Position numbers and translations under genes: made by a program
Notes under the pieces: generated by a model
The model's database searches: none
What the model was told of the DNA's origin: nothing
What the model saw: the letters and a program-made list of their open reading frames with translations, nothing else
DNA from: Vulcanimicrobiota bacterium
GTDB taxonomy: Bacteria > Vulcanimicrobiota > Vulcanimicrobiia > Eremiobacterales > Eremiobacteraceae
DNA length: 64,000 nucleotides
NCBI GenBank assembly: GCA_963805945.1
Contig: CAWDVP010000003.1
Location: 96,001-160,000 of the forward strand
Reading direction: 5' to 3'
Shown here: positions 50,119 through 61,183 of the stretch, in pieces
Layout: the number at the start of each line of letters is the position of its first letter
How positions within the stretch are numbered: position 1 is the first letter of the stretch

Positions 50119-51755
50119 TGCGGCGACTCGCGGCGCTCGCGCTCATCCTGTGCGCGACCGCCTGCACCAAGATCAGCACGGAAGTCTCGCATACCGGGCC
50201 CGCCAATGGCGGCACGATCCCAGGCACCCTGCGCTACGCGGATATCGAAGAGCCGATCTCGCTCAATCCGCTGCTGCGGCTCGACGCCGTCGGCACCGAT
50301 CTCGACATGTTCATGTTCGGTTTCTTCTTCAATATCGACGACAAGCTGAACTACGTGCCGGAGCTCGCGCTCGAGGTGCCGACCTACGCGAACGGCGGCA
50401 TCAGCAAGGACGGGAAGACGCTCACCTATCACCTGCGCCACGGCGTCAAGTGGCACGACGGCGTGCCGTTCACGTCGCACGACGTCGTCTTCACCACGCA
50501 CGCGATCCAGAATCCCGCCAACAATCTGCAGTCGCGCTCGGGCTGGGAGCAGATCGTAAGCGTCGAGGCGCCCGACGACTACACCGTCAAGTTCCACCTC
50601 AAGAAGATCTACGCGTCGGCGATCGCGACATATTTCGCCGAGAGCGGACTCTATCCGATCTTGCCCGCGCATCTGCTCGAGAAATATCCCAATCTCAACC
50701 AGGTCCCGTTCAACGTCGCCCCGGTAGGCACCGGTCCGTTCAAGTTCGTCAAGTGGGTCCATGGCGACCGCATCGAACTCGCGGCCAATCCGGATTACTG
50801 GCGCGGAGCTCCCAAGCTGAAGCGGATCATCTACAAGATCATCCCCAACGACAACACGATCATGACGCAGTTGAAGACCCACGAGATCGACGCATGGTTC
50901 CGCGCGGCGACGAGCATGTACCCGCAGATCCAGCAACTCCCTTCATACGGCTTCCGCGTGCAGCTCGAACCCGGGCTGCTCTACTCCCATCTCGACCTCA
51001 ATCAGAAGAACCCCATCTTCACCGACCTACGCGTCCGGCAAGCGATCAGCTATGCGATCGACCGGCGCAAGATCATCCACGACGTGACGCATGACGTCCA
51101 GATCCCGGGCTACGCGAATCAAGCGACGATGTCGTGGGCGTATGAGCCCAACGTCGTGCATTACGACTATGACCCAGCCAAAGCGGCGCAGCTGCTCGAT
51201 GCAGCCGGCTGGAAGCTGGGCGCCGACGGCGTCCGCGCGAAGAACGGCAAGAAGCTCGCGTTCAACCTTTCCGCCGCGGCGGGCGGCGCCACCGGCGAGG
51301 CGACCGAACTGATCATCCAAGAGGAGCTGCGCGCCGTCGGCATCGACGCCTCGGTGAAGAACTACCCGACCGTCCTCTACTTCGCCGGCTACCAGCAGAA
51401 CGGCATCCTGCAGAAGGGTCTGTACGATGCCGCGCTGTTCGCGTGGGTCGCGGGCGTCGATCCAGATGACGAGTCGCTGTACGCGAGCTATAGGTTCCCG
51501 CCCGATGGGCAGAACAGTCTGTATTGGGTCGATCCGGCCATCGATCAAGCCGAGAAGGGCGCGCTCGGAAGCTACGACCAGAACGAGCGCAAGAAGTATT
51601 ACTCGATCATCCAAAAGGAGATCGCGTCGCAGGCGGTCACGATCGTGCTGTACTATCAGCGCCAGATCTTCATCACGTCGAACGATCTGACGGGTTTCGT
51701 GCCCGCGCCTGCCACGAGCAGCAACTGGAACTCTTGGGAATGGGAGATGCGCTGA
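50118..51755 (+). CDS. ABC peptide substrate-binding lipoprotein
   Basis: ATAC lipobox, LRHGVKWHDG, PVGTGPF, ends WNSWEWEMR. Confidence 0.92.
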   Translation: MRRLAALALILCATACTKISTEVSHTGPANGGTIPGTLRYADIEEPISLNPLLRLDAVGTDLDMFMFGFFFNIDDKLNYVPELALEVPTYANGGISKDGKTLTYHLRHGVKWHDGVPFTSHDVVFTTHAIQNPANNLQSRSGWEQIVSVEAPDDYTVKFHLKKIYASAIATYFAESGLYPILPAHLLEKYPNLNQVPFNVAPVGTGPFKFVKWVHGDRIELAANPDYWRGAPKLKRIIYKIIPNDNTIMTQLKTHEIDAWFRAATSMYPQIQQLPSYGFRVQLEPGLLYSHLDLNQKNPIFTDLRVRQAISYAIDRRKIIHDVTHDVQIPGYANQATMSWAYEPNVVHYDYDPAKAAQLLDAAGWKLGADGVRAKNGKKLAFNLSAAAGGATGEATELIIQEELRAVGIDASVKNYPTVLYFAGYQQNGILQKGLYDAALFAWVAGVDPDDESLYASYRFPPDGQNSLYWVDPAIDQAEKGALGSYDQNERKKYYSIIQKEIASQAVTIVLYYQRQIFITSNDLTGFVPAPATSSNWNSWEWEMR

Positions 51756-51757
51756 CC

Positions 51758-53432
51758 GTGCACCACCACCACCGCGCCGCGGCCATCGGCCGCGCCATCC
51801 TCGCCGCCGCGCTGACGGCGGCGCTGCTCAGCCGGCTGCTCGAAGGTCTCGCAGAGCACCGGCGTGCCCGCTGCCGGCGGAGGCACGATTCCAGGCACGT
51901 TGCGCTACGCCGACATCGAAGAGCCGAACTCGTTGAACCCGCTGCTGCGGCTCGAGGCCGTCAGCACCGACCTCGACATGTTCGTCTTCGGCTATTTCTT
52001 CAACTTGGACGACAAAGAGCGTTGGGTGCCTGAGCTGGCACTGGAAGTGCCGACCTCCGAGAACGGCGGCATCAGCAAGGACGGCCTCACCCTGACCTAC
52101 CATCTCCGCCACGGCGTCAAGTGGCACGACGGTGCGCCCTTCACGTCGCACGACGTCGTCTTCACGACGCACGCGATCCTCAACCCGGCGAACAATCTGC
52201 AGGCGCGTTCCGGCTACGACCAACTGGTCGCCTCCGACCCGGTGGACGCGCCCGACGACTACACGGTCGTCTTCCATCTCCAGCGGATCTACGCGCCGGC
52301 GGTCGCCTCCTTGTTCTCGGAGAGCGGCAACTATCCGATTCTGCCGGCGCACCTGCTCGAGAAGTACCCGGACCTCAACCACGTGCCGTTCAACACCGCT
52401 CCGGTGGGCACGGGCCCGTTCAAGTTCGTGAAGTGGGTGCACGGCGACCACATCGAGCTGGTCGCCAACCCCGATTACTGGCGCGGTCCGCCGAAGCTGA
52501 AGCGGATCATCTACAAGATCATCCCGAACGATCAGACCATCTTGACCCAGCTCAAGACGCACGAGATCGACGCGTGGTTCCGCGCGCCGTCGAACCTGTA
52601 TCCCGAGCTCAAGGCCCTGCCGGACTACCGGGTGCAGCTGGAGCCGTCGAACCTCTTCGCGCACATCGACCTCAGCATGAAGAATCCTATCTTCAACGAT
52701 ATACGCGTGCGCCGTGCCATCAACTTCTCGATCGACAAACGCAAGCTCATCCACGACGTCGCGCACGACGTCCACGAACCCGCGTATGCGGATGAGCCGA
52801 GCTTCTCGTGGGCGTACGAACCTGACGTGGTGCATTACGATTTTGATCCGAAACAGGCGAAGCAGCTGCTCGACGAAGCGGGCTGGGTTCCCGGGCCGGA
52901 CGGCGTGCGCGTCAAGGACGGCCAGAAGTTGGCGTTCAACCTCAGCGCGGTCGCCGGCGGCAAGACCGGCGAAGCCACGGAAGCGCTCGTGCAGCAGATG
53001 CTCGCGCAAGTGGGCATACAGGCGAGCATCAAGAACTATCCGGCGACGGTGCTCTTCGCAAGCATCCAAGACGGCGGCATCCTGATGAAAGGCAGCTACG
53101 ACGCGGCGTTCTACTCGTGGGTCGCCGGCGTCGATCCCGGGGACGACGAATCGCTGTATGCATGCTACAAGACCCCGCCGCGAGGCCAGAACGTCCTGTA
53201 CTGGTGCGACCCGCGCATGGACGCCGCGCAGAGGGGCGCGCTGTCCTCGTACGACCAGGCGACGCGCAAGAAGTACTACTCGACGATCCAGAAGCTGCTG
53301 GCGTCGGAGTCGGTGACCATCTTCATGTGGTTCGCGCGCCAGATCTACGTCACGTCGCCGAACCTCAAGAACTTCAAGCCGGCGCCGGCCGTGACGAGCA
53401 ATTGGAACAGCTGGGAATGGGAGATGCAATGA
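51758..53432 (+). CDS. ABC peptide substrate-binding lipoprotein, frameshift in signal peptide near 51830
   Basis: Close paralog of the previous gene; LAGC lipobox restored by removing one base. Confidence 0.88.
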
Positions 53433-55098
53433 GCATGAAGGTTTCTGTGGGCGCGGCGTTCGGCCGCGCCTTTTTTGTCTTCGCGATGGCCGCGGCGCTG
53501 CTCGCCGGCTGCACGAAAGTGTCGCAGAACGCGGGCCAGCCCCAGCACGTCGGCGCCGGGCCGATCCCGGGCGTGCTGCGCTACGCCGAGATCGCCGAGC
53601 CCGACACGCTCAACCCGCTGCTCACCACGCAGACCGTCACCGCGGACATCGAGTACATGGCGTTCACGTTCTTCTTCAATTTCGACGACAAGCTCAACTA
53701 CGTGCCGGAAGCGGCGCTCGACGGTGCCGACCTTGCGCAACGGCGGCATCTCCGCGGACGGCAAGACCATCACGTATCACATGCGTCACGGCATCACGTG
53801 GCAAGACGGCACGCCGCTCACGGCCAAGGACGTCGTCTTCACGGTCCATGCCATCATGAATCCGGCCAACAACGTCCAAGTGCGCACCGGCTACGACCAG
53901 ATCGCCGCGTTGGATGCGCCCGACGACTACACCGTCGTCGTCCACATGAAACGCATCTTCGCGCCGATCATCGCGTACTTCATGTGCCAGCAAGGCGGCT
54001 TTCCGATCGTGCCCGCGCACCTGTTGGCGCAGTACCCGAACGTCAACAAGCTGCCCTACAACACGCTGCCCATCGGTTCGGGGCCTTTCAAGGTCACCGA
54101 ATGGGTGCACGGCGACCACCTGACGCTCGTCGCCAATCCCGAGCTACTGGCGCGGTCCGCCGAAGCTCAAGAAGATCGTCTACCGCTTCATCGCCAGCGC
54201 GACGACGATCAAGGTGCTGCTGCAGACGCACGAGATCGATGCGTGGTTCCGCGCCGATCCGAACTTCTACGAGCAATTCAAGGAGATGTCGGGCTACGAC
54301 GTCGTCGTGTCGGATCAGAACCTGTTCGGGCATATCGACTTCAACGTGAAGGATCCGATCCTCGCCGACATGCGCGTCCGAAAAGCGATCGAGTACGCGC
54401 TGGACCGCAAGGCCTTCGCCCACGACCTCTCGCACGGCGTCTACCTGCCTGGCACGAGCGACATCGCTCCCTATAGCTGGGCGTATCCGCACGACCTCCC
54501 GCTGTACGACAACGATCCCGCGGCGGCGCGCGCGCTGCTCGACGCGGCAGGATGGACGCCTGGTCCCGATGGCGTGCGGGTGAAGAACGGCGTGCCGTTA
54601 GAGCTGCAGATCTCCTACACCAGCGGCAACACGCTTGGCATCGCGCTCGCGTCGGTGACGCAGGCGAAACTGCGCGATATCGGCATCCATCTCACCCAGA
54701 AATCCTATCCGGCCTCGCTGTACTTCGACTCCGCGCAGAACGGCGGCATCCTCAACAGCGGCAAGTATCAGATCGCGTACTACGGCTGGGCGAGCGGCGT
54801 CGATCCGGACAACTCGTCGCTGTACGACTCCGACCAGTTCCCGCCGGGCGGCCAGAACTCGCTGTTCTGGGCCGATGCCAAGGTCCACGCCGCCGAGGTG
54901 GACGCGCTCGGGACCTTCGATCAGGCGCGGCGCATCCGCGACTACGCGATCATCGAGCACGAGCTGATCGAGCAGGTGCCGACCATCTTCGTGTTCCACG
55001 AGCGGCGCCTTGACGTCGTGAGCAGCAGTTTCAAGAACTACATCCCGTCGCCGGCGACGTCGTCGTTCTGGAACACCTGGGAATGGGAGATGCAATAA
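53429..55098 (+). CDS. ABC peptide substrate-binding lipoprotein, frameshifts near 53720 and 54141
   Basis: LAGC lipobox; SBP motifs spread over successive frames; ends WNTWEWEMQ. Confidence 0.85.
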
Positions 55099-55105
55099 AC
55101 AGGTT

Positions 55106-55132
55106 TATGGAGCGGTCGAATTTATTCGACCG
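55106..55132 (+). repeat. GGAG-type REP-like palindrome
   Basis: TATGGAG-CGGTCGAA-TTTA-TTCGACCG. Confidence 0.8.
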
Positions 55133-55142
55133 GGCAGCGGTT

Positions 55143-56042
55143 TCAGCCAGGCGGCGCGAGCACGCGCGCGCCGAGCGGCACGAGCGCGATCTCCGCGCGA
55201 TCGATACGCGACACCTCGCCGTCGAGATGCATCGCCACCGGCCGGTCAAAGGCGATGGTGAGCGCGTCGGCGCGTAGCGCCGTCACGGTCGGCTCGCCTT
55301 CGTGCACGCCTGCTCGGATGCGCTGCAGCAGCGCGAAACGGCCGATGAAGCCGCGCAGATCGGCGAACGCATAGCAGTCGAACATGCCGTCGTCCATGCG
55401 CGCCTTCGGCGCACCGAGGAAACCGCCGCCATACCATCTGCCGTTGCCGATCGTGATCATGATGAGGTCGTCGAAACGCTGCGAGCCGGCGGCCGTCACC
55501 ACGGTCGCGCCGACCGGCCGCACTGCGAACAATCCGCCCACCGCGGCGACGTAATACAGCAGGCCCTTCGCGAAGCCGCGCACGCGGATGCGCGCCGTCG
55601 TGCTCGCGACTTCCGCGTCGAGGCCGATGCCCACGCAGTTGAGGAAGCGAGTGCCGTTGGCGGTGCCGTAGTCGATCCGTCGTTCGTTCCCCGCGGCCAG
55701 CGTCGCAAGCGATCGCTCGCCGCGCTCGATGCCGAGCATCACCGCGACGTCGTTGCCCGAACCGCACGGCACGAGGCCGAGCGTGACCGCGCTCGGATCC
55801 GCGATGGCGTTGAACGTGAGGCACAGCGTGCCGTCGCCGCCGACGCACACGACAAGCGGCGGCTGCGCGCCGTGGGGCAGCGCGCGTATGGCTTCATTAA
55901 GTCGCGCGGCGAAAGCCGGCGTGAGATCGGGCTCGATGATCGCTTGCGGTGGTCCGCCAAGCGCCTGCTCGATCGCGCGCAGCAACCCAGGTGCGGCGCC
56001 TGAGCCGGCCAAAGGGTTGGCGACGGCGACATAGGGCTTCAC
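55143..56042 (-). CDS. Diacylglycerol/lipid kinase family (YegS/DAGK)
   Basis: ANPLAG, GGDGT, PCGSGND, GIGLDA, NGRWYGGG, LDGE. Confidence 0.9.
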   Translation of the reverse strand: MKPYVAVANPLAGSGAAPGLLRAIEQALGGPPQAIIEPDLTPAFAARLNEAIRALPHGAQPPLVVCVGGDGTLCLTFNAIADPSAVTLGLVPCGSGNDVAVMLGIERGERSLATLAAGNERRIDYGTANGTRFLNCVGIGLDAEVASTTARIRVRGFAKGLLYYVAAVGGLFAVRPVGATVVTAAGSQRFDDLIMITIGNGRWYGGGFLGAPKARMDDGMFDCYAFADLRGFIGRFALLQRIRAGVHEGEPTVTALRADALTIAFDRPVAMHLDGEVSRIDRAEIALVPLGARVLAPPG

Positions 56043-56129
56043 GCCGGCGTCAACAAAGCGCAGGTCGGTGGCATCGCGCGGCTTTCGGCATCGTCCGGCA
56101 GGCTTCTTACCTTGGGGGAGATTCTCGAG

Positions 56130-56954
56130 ATGAACGGTCGCACAGGGCTCTTTCTCGCCGTGGCCGTCGCCGCCGCATCGCTGTGCGGCGCGACGCCGCC
56201 GCCCAAGGCAGCTCCTTCGCCCACGCCAGGTCCGGCCTCGAACGCGCCCGGCGACGAGTACTTCGGCCGCCAGAAGCTCAGCTATCTCGGGATCAACAAC
56301 ATCTTCCGCGACGAGGCGATCCGCATCGGCGAGCATACGACGGATCTCGGCGAGATCAACAAACTTGACGCCGCAGCCGATGCGCTGCACGCGTGGTCGT
56401 CGAAGTATCCCCACGACCAGCAGCTTCCGCGTTCCTACTTCCTGGGCCAGCTCGCGTTCCGGCGTGTCTGGACGCTCGACGGACAGGAGATCGCCTGGTC
56501 ATACATGCAGATCCTCGTGACGAGGTTCCCGAGCACGTTCTTCGGCAAGGCGATGAAGTCGAGTCTTGCGCGCGGCTTCACGATGAACTACTACGCGGCC
56601 CCGTTGCCGTGCCCCACGCCCACGCCGTTGCCGCCGACGCCTTTACCGAAGGGCGTGCGACCACCGCCGCCCACCGCGACACCGCCGCCCACGCCGAGCC
56701 CTACGCCGACGCCTGAGCCGACGCCGAGAAATCCGAAAGAGCCGACGCGGAATATCATGGAGGCTCCGTGCGTACCGCCGCCGACACCGGAACCGACGCC
56801 GACGCCGACGCCGCTCGCAACGGCCACGCCAAAGGCCACGCAGACGCCACGAGCGACCGCTACGCCGGTCGCGACCGCGACGCCGGAGGACGCGACGCCG
56901 GCGGCGACGGCGACGCTGGCAGCGACCGCCGCGCCGACCGCGACGCCGAAATAG
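56130..56954 (+). CDS. Secreted 'APGDEYFG' family protein with long Pro/Thr/Ala tail
   Basis: APGDEYFGRQKLSYLGI, WSSKYPHDQQLP; PTPTP repeats. Confidence 0.75.
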   Translation: MNGRTGLFLAVAVAAASLCGATPPPKAAPSPTPGPASNAPGDEYFGRQKLSYLGINNIFRDEAIRIGEHTTDLGEINKLDAAADALHAWSSKYPHDQQLPRSYFLGQLAFRRVWTLDGQEIAWSYMQILVTRFPSTFFGKAMKSSLARGFTMNYYAAPLPCPTPTPLPPTPLPKGVRPPPPTATPPPTPSPTPTPEPTPRNPKEPTRNIMEAPCVPPPTPEPTPTPTPLATATPKATQTPRATATPVATATPEDATPAATATLAATAAPTATPK

Positions 56955-57956
56955 CTACGCGGACCAGGATTTGAAGCTGCGCGAGAACTCCGCCACGAGT
57001 TCGTGATCGGCGTTGGGCGCCTGACCGCTCGTCGTGAGATAGTCGCCGATGATGAGACCGTCGGCGCCCGCGACCAGGCCTAGCACTTGCTGTTCTTTGA
57101 GCGTCCGCTCGCGTCCGCCTGAAAGCCTGATCAGCGCCTGCGGCAGCGCGAAGCGCATCATCGCCACCGCTCGTAACGCGTCGCCGAAGGGCAGCAGGGC
57201 CCGCTCGCCCAGCGGCGTGCCGACCCGCGGATCGAGGAAATTCACCGGCACCTCTTCGGGTGCGAGCATCTGCAGGTCGCAGGCGAGATCGACGCGATCC
57301 TCGAGCGACTCGCCCATGCCGAAGATGCCCCCGCTGCACAGCTCGAGCCCTTCGGCGCGCACCGCGCGACAGGTCTCGAGCCGTTCGTCATACGTGTGCG
57401 TCGAGCAGATGCTCGGGAAGAAGCGTGGCCCGGCTTCGAGATTGTGATTGACCTTCGCGACGCCCGCGTCTTTGAGCCGGCGGATCTGTTCGGGCCGCAT
57501 GATGCCAAGCGAGACCGCCACTTTGAGCGGCGTCGCGGCACGCACCGCGCCGACGCAGCGTATCACCTGTGCGAGCACGCCCTCGTTAGGCCCGCGCACC
57601 GCGATGACCAGACAGAATTCGGAGGCGCCGTTGCGCCACGCGCGCTGCGCCGCCGCGACCGCCTCGTCCTCGCGCATGAGCGGCCGCACGGCGACGTCGG
57701 TGTGGAAACGCGCCGATTGCGAGCAGAACGCGCAATCCTCGGAGCACGCTCCGGTCTTCGCGCTCACGATGCCCTCGAGGTTGACGTCCTCGCCGGCGAG
57801 CGCACGCGCGCTGCGCACGCGCAGGCTGCGCCGAAGCAGCTCGTCGCGCTCGTCGTCGCTCGTGCGCAGGATGCCCTCGAGCACGGCGCGCGGCGCCGGC
57901 GCGTGCCGCTCGGCGAGGTCGTCGAGCGCGGCGTACAGCGACGGGTCCGTGAGCAT
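56955..57956 (-). CDS. bioB: Biotin synthase
   Basis: KTGACSEDCAFCSQS, NHNLE, CSGGIFGMGE, VPVNFL, GDYLTT. Confidence 0.95.
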   Translation of the reverse strand: MLTDPSLYAALDDLAERHAPAPRAVLEGILRTSDDERDELLRRSLRVRSARALAGEDVNLEGIVSAKTGACSEDCAFCSQSARFHTDVAVRPLMREDEAVAAAQRAWRNGASEFCLVIAVRGPNEGVLAQVIRCVGAVRAATPLKVAVSLGIMRPEQIRRLKDAGVAKVNHNLEAGPRFFPSICSTHTYDERLETCRAVRAEGLELCSGGIFGMGESLEDRVDLACDLQMLAPEEVPVNFLDPRVGTPLGERALLPFGDALRAVAMMRFALPQALIRLSGGRERTLKEQQVLGLVAGADGLIIGDYLTTSGQAPNADHELVAEFSRSFKSWSA

Positions 57957-58630
57957 CAAGCGGCTCCTCGTGCGGCGAGCGGCCCTGCGATCGCCGCCAG
58001 TCTTCCGGCATCCGCCTGGATGCCGTGCGGGATGAATGCTGCGACGTGCAAGCCGCGCGCCTCCATATCCTCTCGCGTCGAGTCTACGTACCACGCCGGG
58101 CTCGGGCCGAAGCGATCGCACACGATCGCATCCGTGCACGGCCGGCCGATCGAACGCAAATACTCTGCGATGGCGAAACTATGGCTGAGGACGCCGAGGC
58201 GCAGGCCCGCGACGAGCACGATGCGATACTCGGGCAGCGCGCGCGCCACATCGCAGACGTATGCCGATGCCGAGAGCGGCGTCAGCGCGCCGCCGCACGT
58301 CTCGACGACGACCGCATCCGTGCCGGCTTCCGCCGCGCGGACGATCGCGGCGCAGCGCTCGACCGTCGGCGCCGGGATCCCCGCGGCCCGCGCCGCGGCG
58401 CTCGGCGCGGCGGCGAGTTCGAAGCGCAGGCCGTCCACCAGCGTCAGCCGCTCGTCCGCGCCGACGACGGCGCGCAGCGCGACGAGATCGGAATGTTCCG
58501 CCGAGCCGGTCTCCACGGGTTTGCAGGCGGCCACGTGCAGCCCATCACGCAACAACGCCGCGCACAGCGCGGCGGAGGCCGTCGTCTTGCCGATGTCGGT
58601 GTCAGTCCCGACGAGCAAGAAGCGTCGCAC
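57956..58630 (-). CDS. bioD: Dethiobiotin synthase
   Basis: GTDTDIGKT, KPVETG, VVETCGG. Confidence 0.92.
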   Translation of the reverse strand: MRRFLLVGTDTDIGKTTASAALCAALLRDGLHVAACKPVETGSAEHSDLVALRAVVGADERLTLVDGLRFELAAAPSAAARAAGIPAPTVERCAAIVRAAEAGTDAVVVETCGGALTPLSASAYVCDVARALPEYRIVLVAGLRLGVLSHSFAIAEYLRSIGRPCTDAIVCDRFGPSPAWYVDSTREDMEARGLHVAAFIPHGIQADAGRLAAIAGPLAARGAA

Positions 58631-59756
58631 AGGTCTGTTCTATGGCAGCGGCGAGAAAGTCGATGTCGTTCTGGGTGTGAGAAGCCGTGAGTGAGAAGCG
58701 GATGCGGCTCGCGCCGTCGGGGACGGTGGGCGGCCGGATCGCCGGCGCGAAGACGCCGCGCTCGAGCAGGCCGCGCGCGACCGCGAGCGCGCCGCCGGCG
58801 CTGCCTACTATAAGGAAGAGCAGATGCGGCGCCGCCTCGGCGTCGCCGGCGACGTCGAGGCCTGCCGCCGTGAGCCGCTCGCGCAGCGACGCGCCTAGCG
58901 CGCGGATGTGCGCTCGCTCGGCGTCCATATGCGGCACGAGTTCGAGCGCCGCGCGCGCCGCGCGCACGACCGGCGGCGGCAGCGCCGTGTCGAAGATGAA
59001 CGAGCGCGCCGCACTGACGAGGTATTCGATCGCGGTCGTGGGTCCGGCGATGAACCCTCCGAGCGAGCCAAGCGCTTTTGACAGCGTGCCGAGCAGCACG
59101 CCGTCGGTGCGCCGCGCGAACGCAGTACCGCTGCCGACGCCGCGATCGCCCACCACGCCGATGCCGTGCGCGTCGTCGATCAGCGTGCGCCAGCCAAAAG
59201 CGTGCGCGCGCTCGGCCAACTCAGGTAAAGGCGGCGCGACGCCGTCCATGCCGTAGATGGCCTCGGTCACCAACAGCGATCCCGGGCGGCCTTCGGGCAG
59301 CGAGCCGGCAGGGTAGACGGATTTCGCCACGCCGCTCAGACGGATGCCGTCGATGAGCGAGGCGTGATTGCGCTCGTCGGAAAGCACGGCAGACGCGCCG
59401 CGTGCGAGCGCGGGAATCGCGCCGACGGCGGCGAGGTAGCCGCTGGAGAACACGAGCGCCGCTTCCTGGCCGAGAAACACGGCAAGCTCACGCTCGAGGG
59501 CGGTCAGCTCGGCGCGGCTTCCCGAGAGCAGGCGCGCGCCCGTCGCGCCCGCCGCGTCGGCGGAGCGCTGCGCGGCCAGCACGCGCGCGTCGCGCGACAA
59601 GCCGAGATAGTCGTTGGAACAGCAGATGAGGACGTCGCGGCCGTCGAGCGTGCCGCGCGCGCCATCGCACTGAAGATCGACGATGCGCCGACGCAGCTGA
59701 CGCTCGTCCAATCGTTCGAGCGCGCGTGCCGTCCAGTCGAAGGGGCGTTCAGGCAT
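58602..59756 (-). CDS. bioF: 8-amino-7-oxononanoate synthase
   Basis: SNDYLGL, NHASLIDG, DDAHG, TLSKALG, AIRPPTVP. Confidence 0.93.
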   Translation of the reverse strand: MPERPFDWTARALERLDERQLRRRIVDLQCDGARGTLDGRDVLICCSNDYLGLSRDARVLAAQRSADAAGATGARLLSGSRAELTALERELAVFLGQEAALVFSSGYLAAVGAIPALARGASAVLSDERNHASLIDGIRLSGVAKSVYPAGSLPEGRPGSLLVTEAIYGMDGVAPPLPELAERAHAFGWRTLIDDAHGIGVVGDRGVGSGTAFARRTDGVLLGTLSKALGSLGGFIAGPTTAIEYLVSAARSFIFDTALPPPVVRAARAALELVPHMDAERAHIRALGASLRERLTAAGLDVAGDAEAAPHLLFLIVGSAGGALAVARGLLERGVFAPAIRPPTVPDGASRIRFSLTASHTQNDIDFLAAAIEQTCATLLARRD

Positions 59757-61043
59757 CGAGCAGCCGCTCGATCGCGCCGCTGAGGTCGCTCAATTCTTGT
59801 TCGGTCGAGGAGAGCGGCGGCACGAGGAGCAGCGTCGCGCCGACGGGCCGCACGAAATGGCCGGCATCCCACAGCGCTTCGCACAGCGCCCAGGACTGGG
59901 TCGGAGCGTCCGCCGCCGGTTCGAGCCCATCGCGCAGTTCGATGCCCGCGACGTAGCCGATGCGCCGCACGTCCGCGATGCGGCGGTGCGCTTTGAGCGC
60001 GTCGAGCCGCGCGTGCCAGCGCGGCGCCCGTTCCTGGACGTGCGCGAGCGTTTTTTCGACGCCGAACAGGTCGAGATTCGCGAGCGCGGCCGCGCATGCG
60101 ATCGGGTTGCCCGCATAGGAGTGGCCGTGGTAGAAGTGGCGCGCCTCGCCGTAGTCGCCGAGGAAAGCGTCGTAGATGCGCTCGGTGACGAGCGTGACGG
60201 ACAGCGGCAATGTACCGCCCGTGATGCCCTTGCCGAGCAGCAGCATGTCGGGTTCGATGCCCGCCTGCTCGAACGCGAACATCGTGCCCGTGCGTCCGAA
60301 GCCCGTCGCGATCTCGTCTGCGATGAGCAGCGTGCCGTTCGCCCGGCACAGCGCGGCGACGGCCGCGAGCATCTCGGGAGCCATCAGCCGCACGCCGCCG
60401 GCGAACTGCACGATGGGTTCGACGATGACCGCGGCGACCTCGCCGGCATGCGTCTGCAACGTCCGCTCCAGCGCGCGCAAGTACGATTCATCCCACGGCA
60501 GCAGCTCGACCGGAAAGCGCAACGCGCTGAACGGCTTGGCGAACTGCTCGACGCCGGAGAGGCTCATCGCGCCGGTCGTGTCGCCGTGGTAGCCGCGCCG
60601 GTGCGCGATGAACAGCGTGCGCGGATGTCCTTGCAGATGCCAGAACTGCACCGCGATCTTCAGCGCTGCCTCGACCGCGCTCGCGCCGTCGCCGGCATAG
60701 AAACACCGCGTGAGCGATGCCGGCATGAGCGCCGTGAGCCGTGCCGCGAGGACTGCGCCGCCGGCACATTGGACTGACCGAGCAAGGTGGCGTGATCGAG
60801 CGTGCGCGCCTGCGTCGCGATGGCCTCGACGATCGCGGGATGGCAGTGGCCGTGGACGGTCACCCAGATGGAAGAGCTCGCATCGAAGATCGCGCGGCCG
60901 TCGGTATCGTAGAGATAATTGCCGCTCGCGCGCTCGATCAGATGCTCGCGACCGCGATAGGCCGCCATCTGCGTGAACGGGTGCCACACGTGCGCACGAT
61001 CGGCTGCAAGCGCCACTTCGGCGGTCGTGGACCGAACCATCAT
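59749..61043 (-). CDS. bioA: DAPA aminotransferase, frameshift near 60760
   Basis: VWHPFTQM, HGHCHP; then YHGDT, DEIATGFGRTG, KGITGG, HGHSYAGNP. Confidence 0.92.
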
Positions 61044-61183
61044 CAGGCGGGCGCTTCGCTCGGGGCGCGGTGTTGTCCCGCGCGAAAAGCGAATGGAGGA
61101 AGCGTGAGCGACTTCCTCCCGCCGATATGACGAGACCGCCACGGGTTTTGTTACACACGCCGCCGAAGCGCAGTACGACCGCA

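Noticed and set aside
56600..56950. ACGCCG-type tandem repeats
   Set aside because: Explained by the Pro/Thr linker coding sequence
12147..61043. Frameshifts in glcD (~13055), H1-like gene, 22970 membrane gene, thiH (~28725), amidohydrolase (~34445), SBPs (~51830, 53720, 54141) and bioA (~60760) as programmed frameshifting or pseudogenes
   Set aside because: Scattered small indels in unrelated, otherwise intact genes with no shared slippery motif; most simply long-read assembly errors
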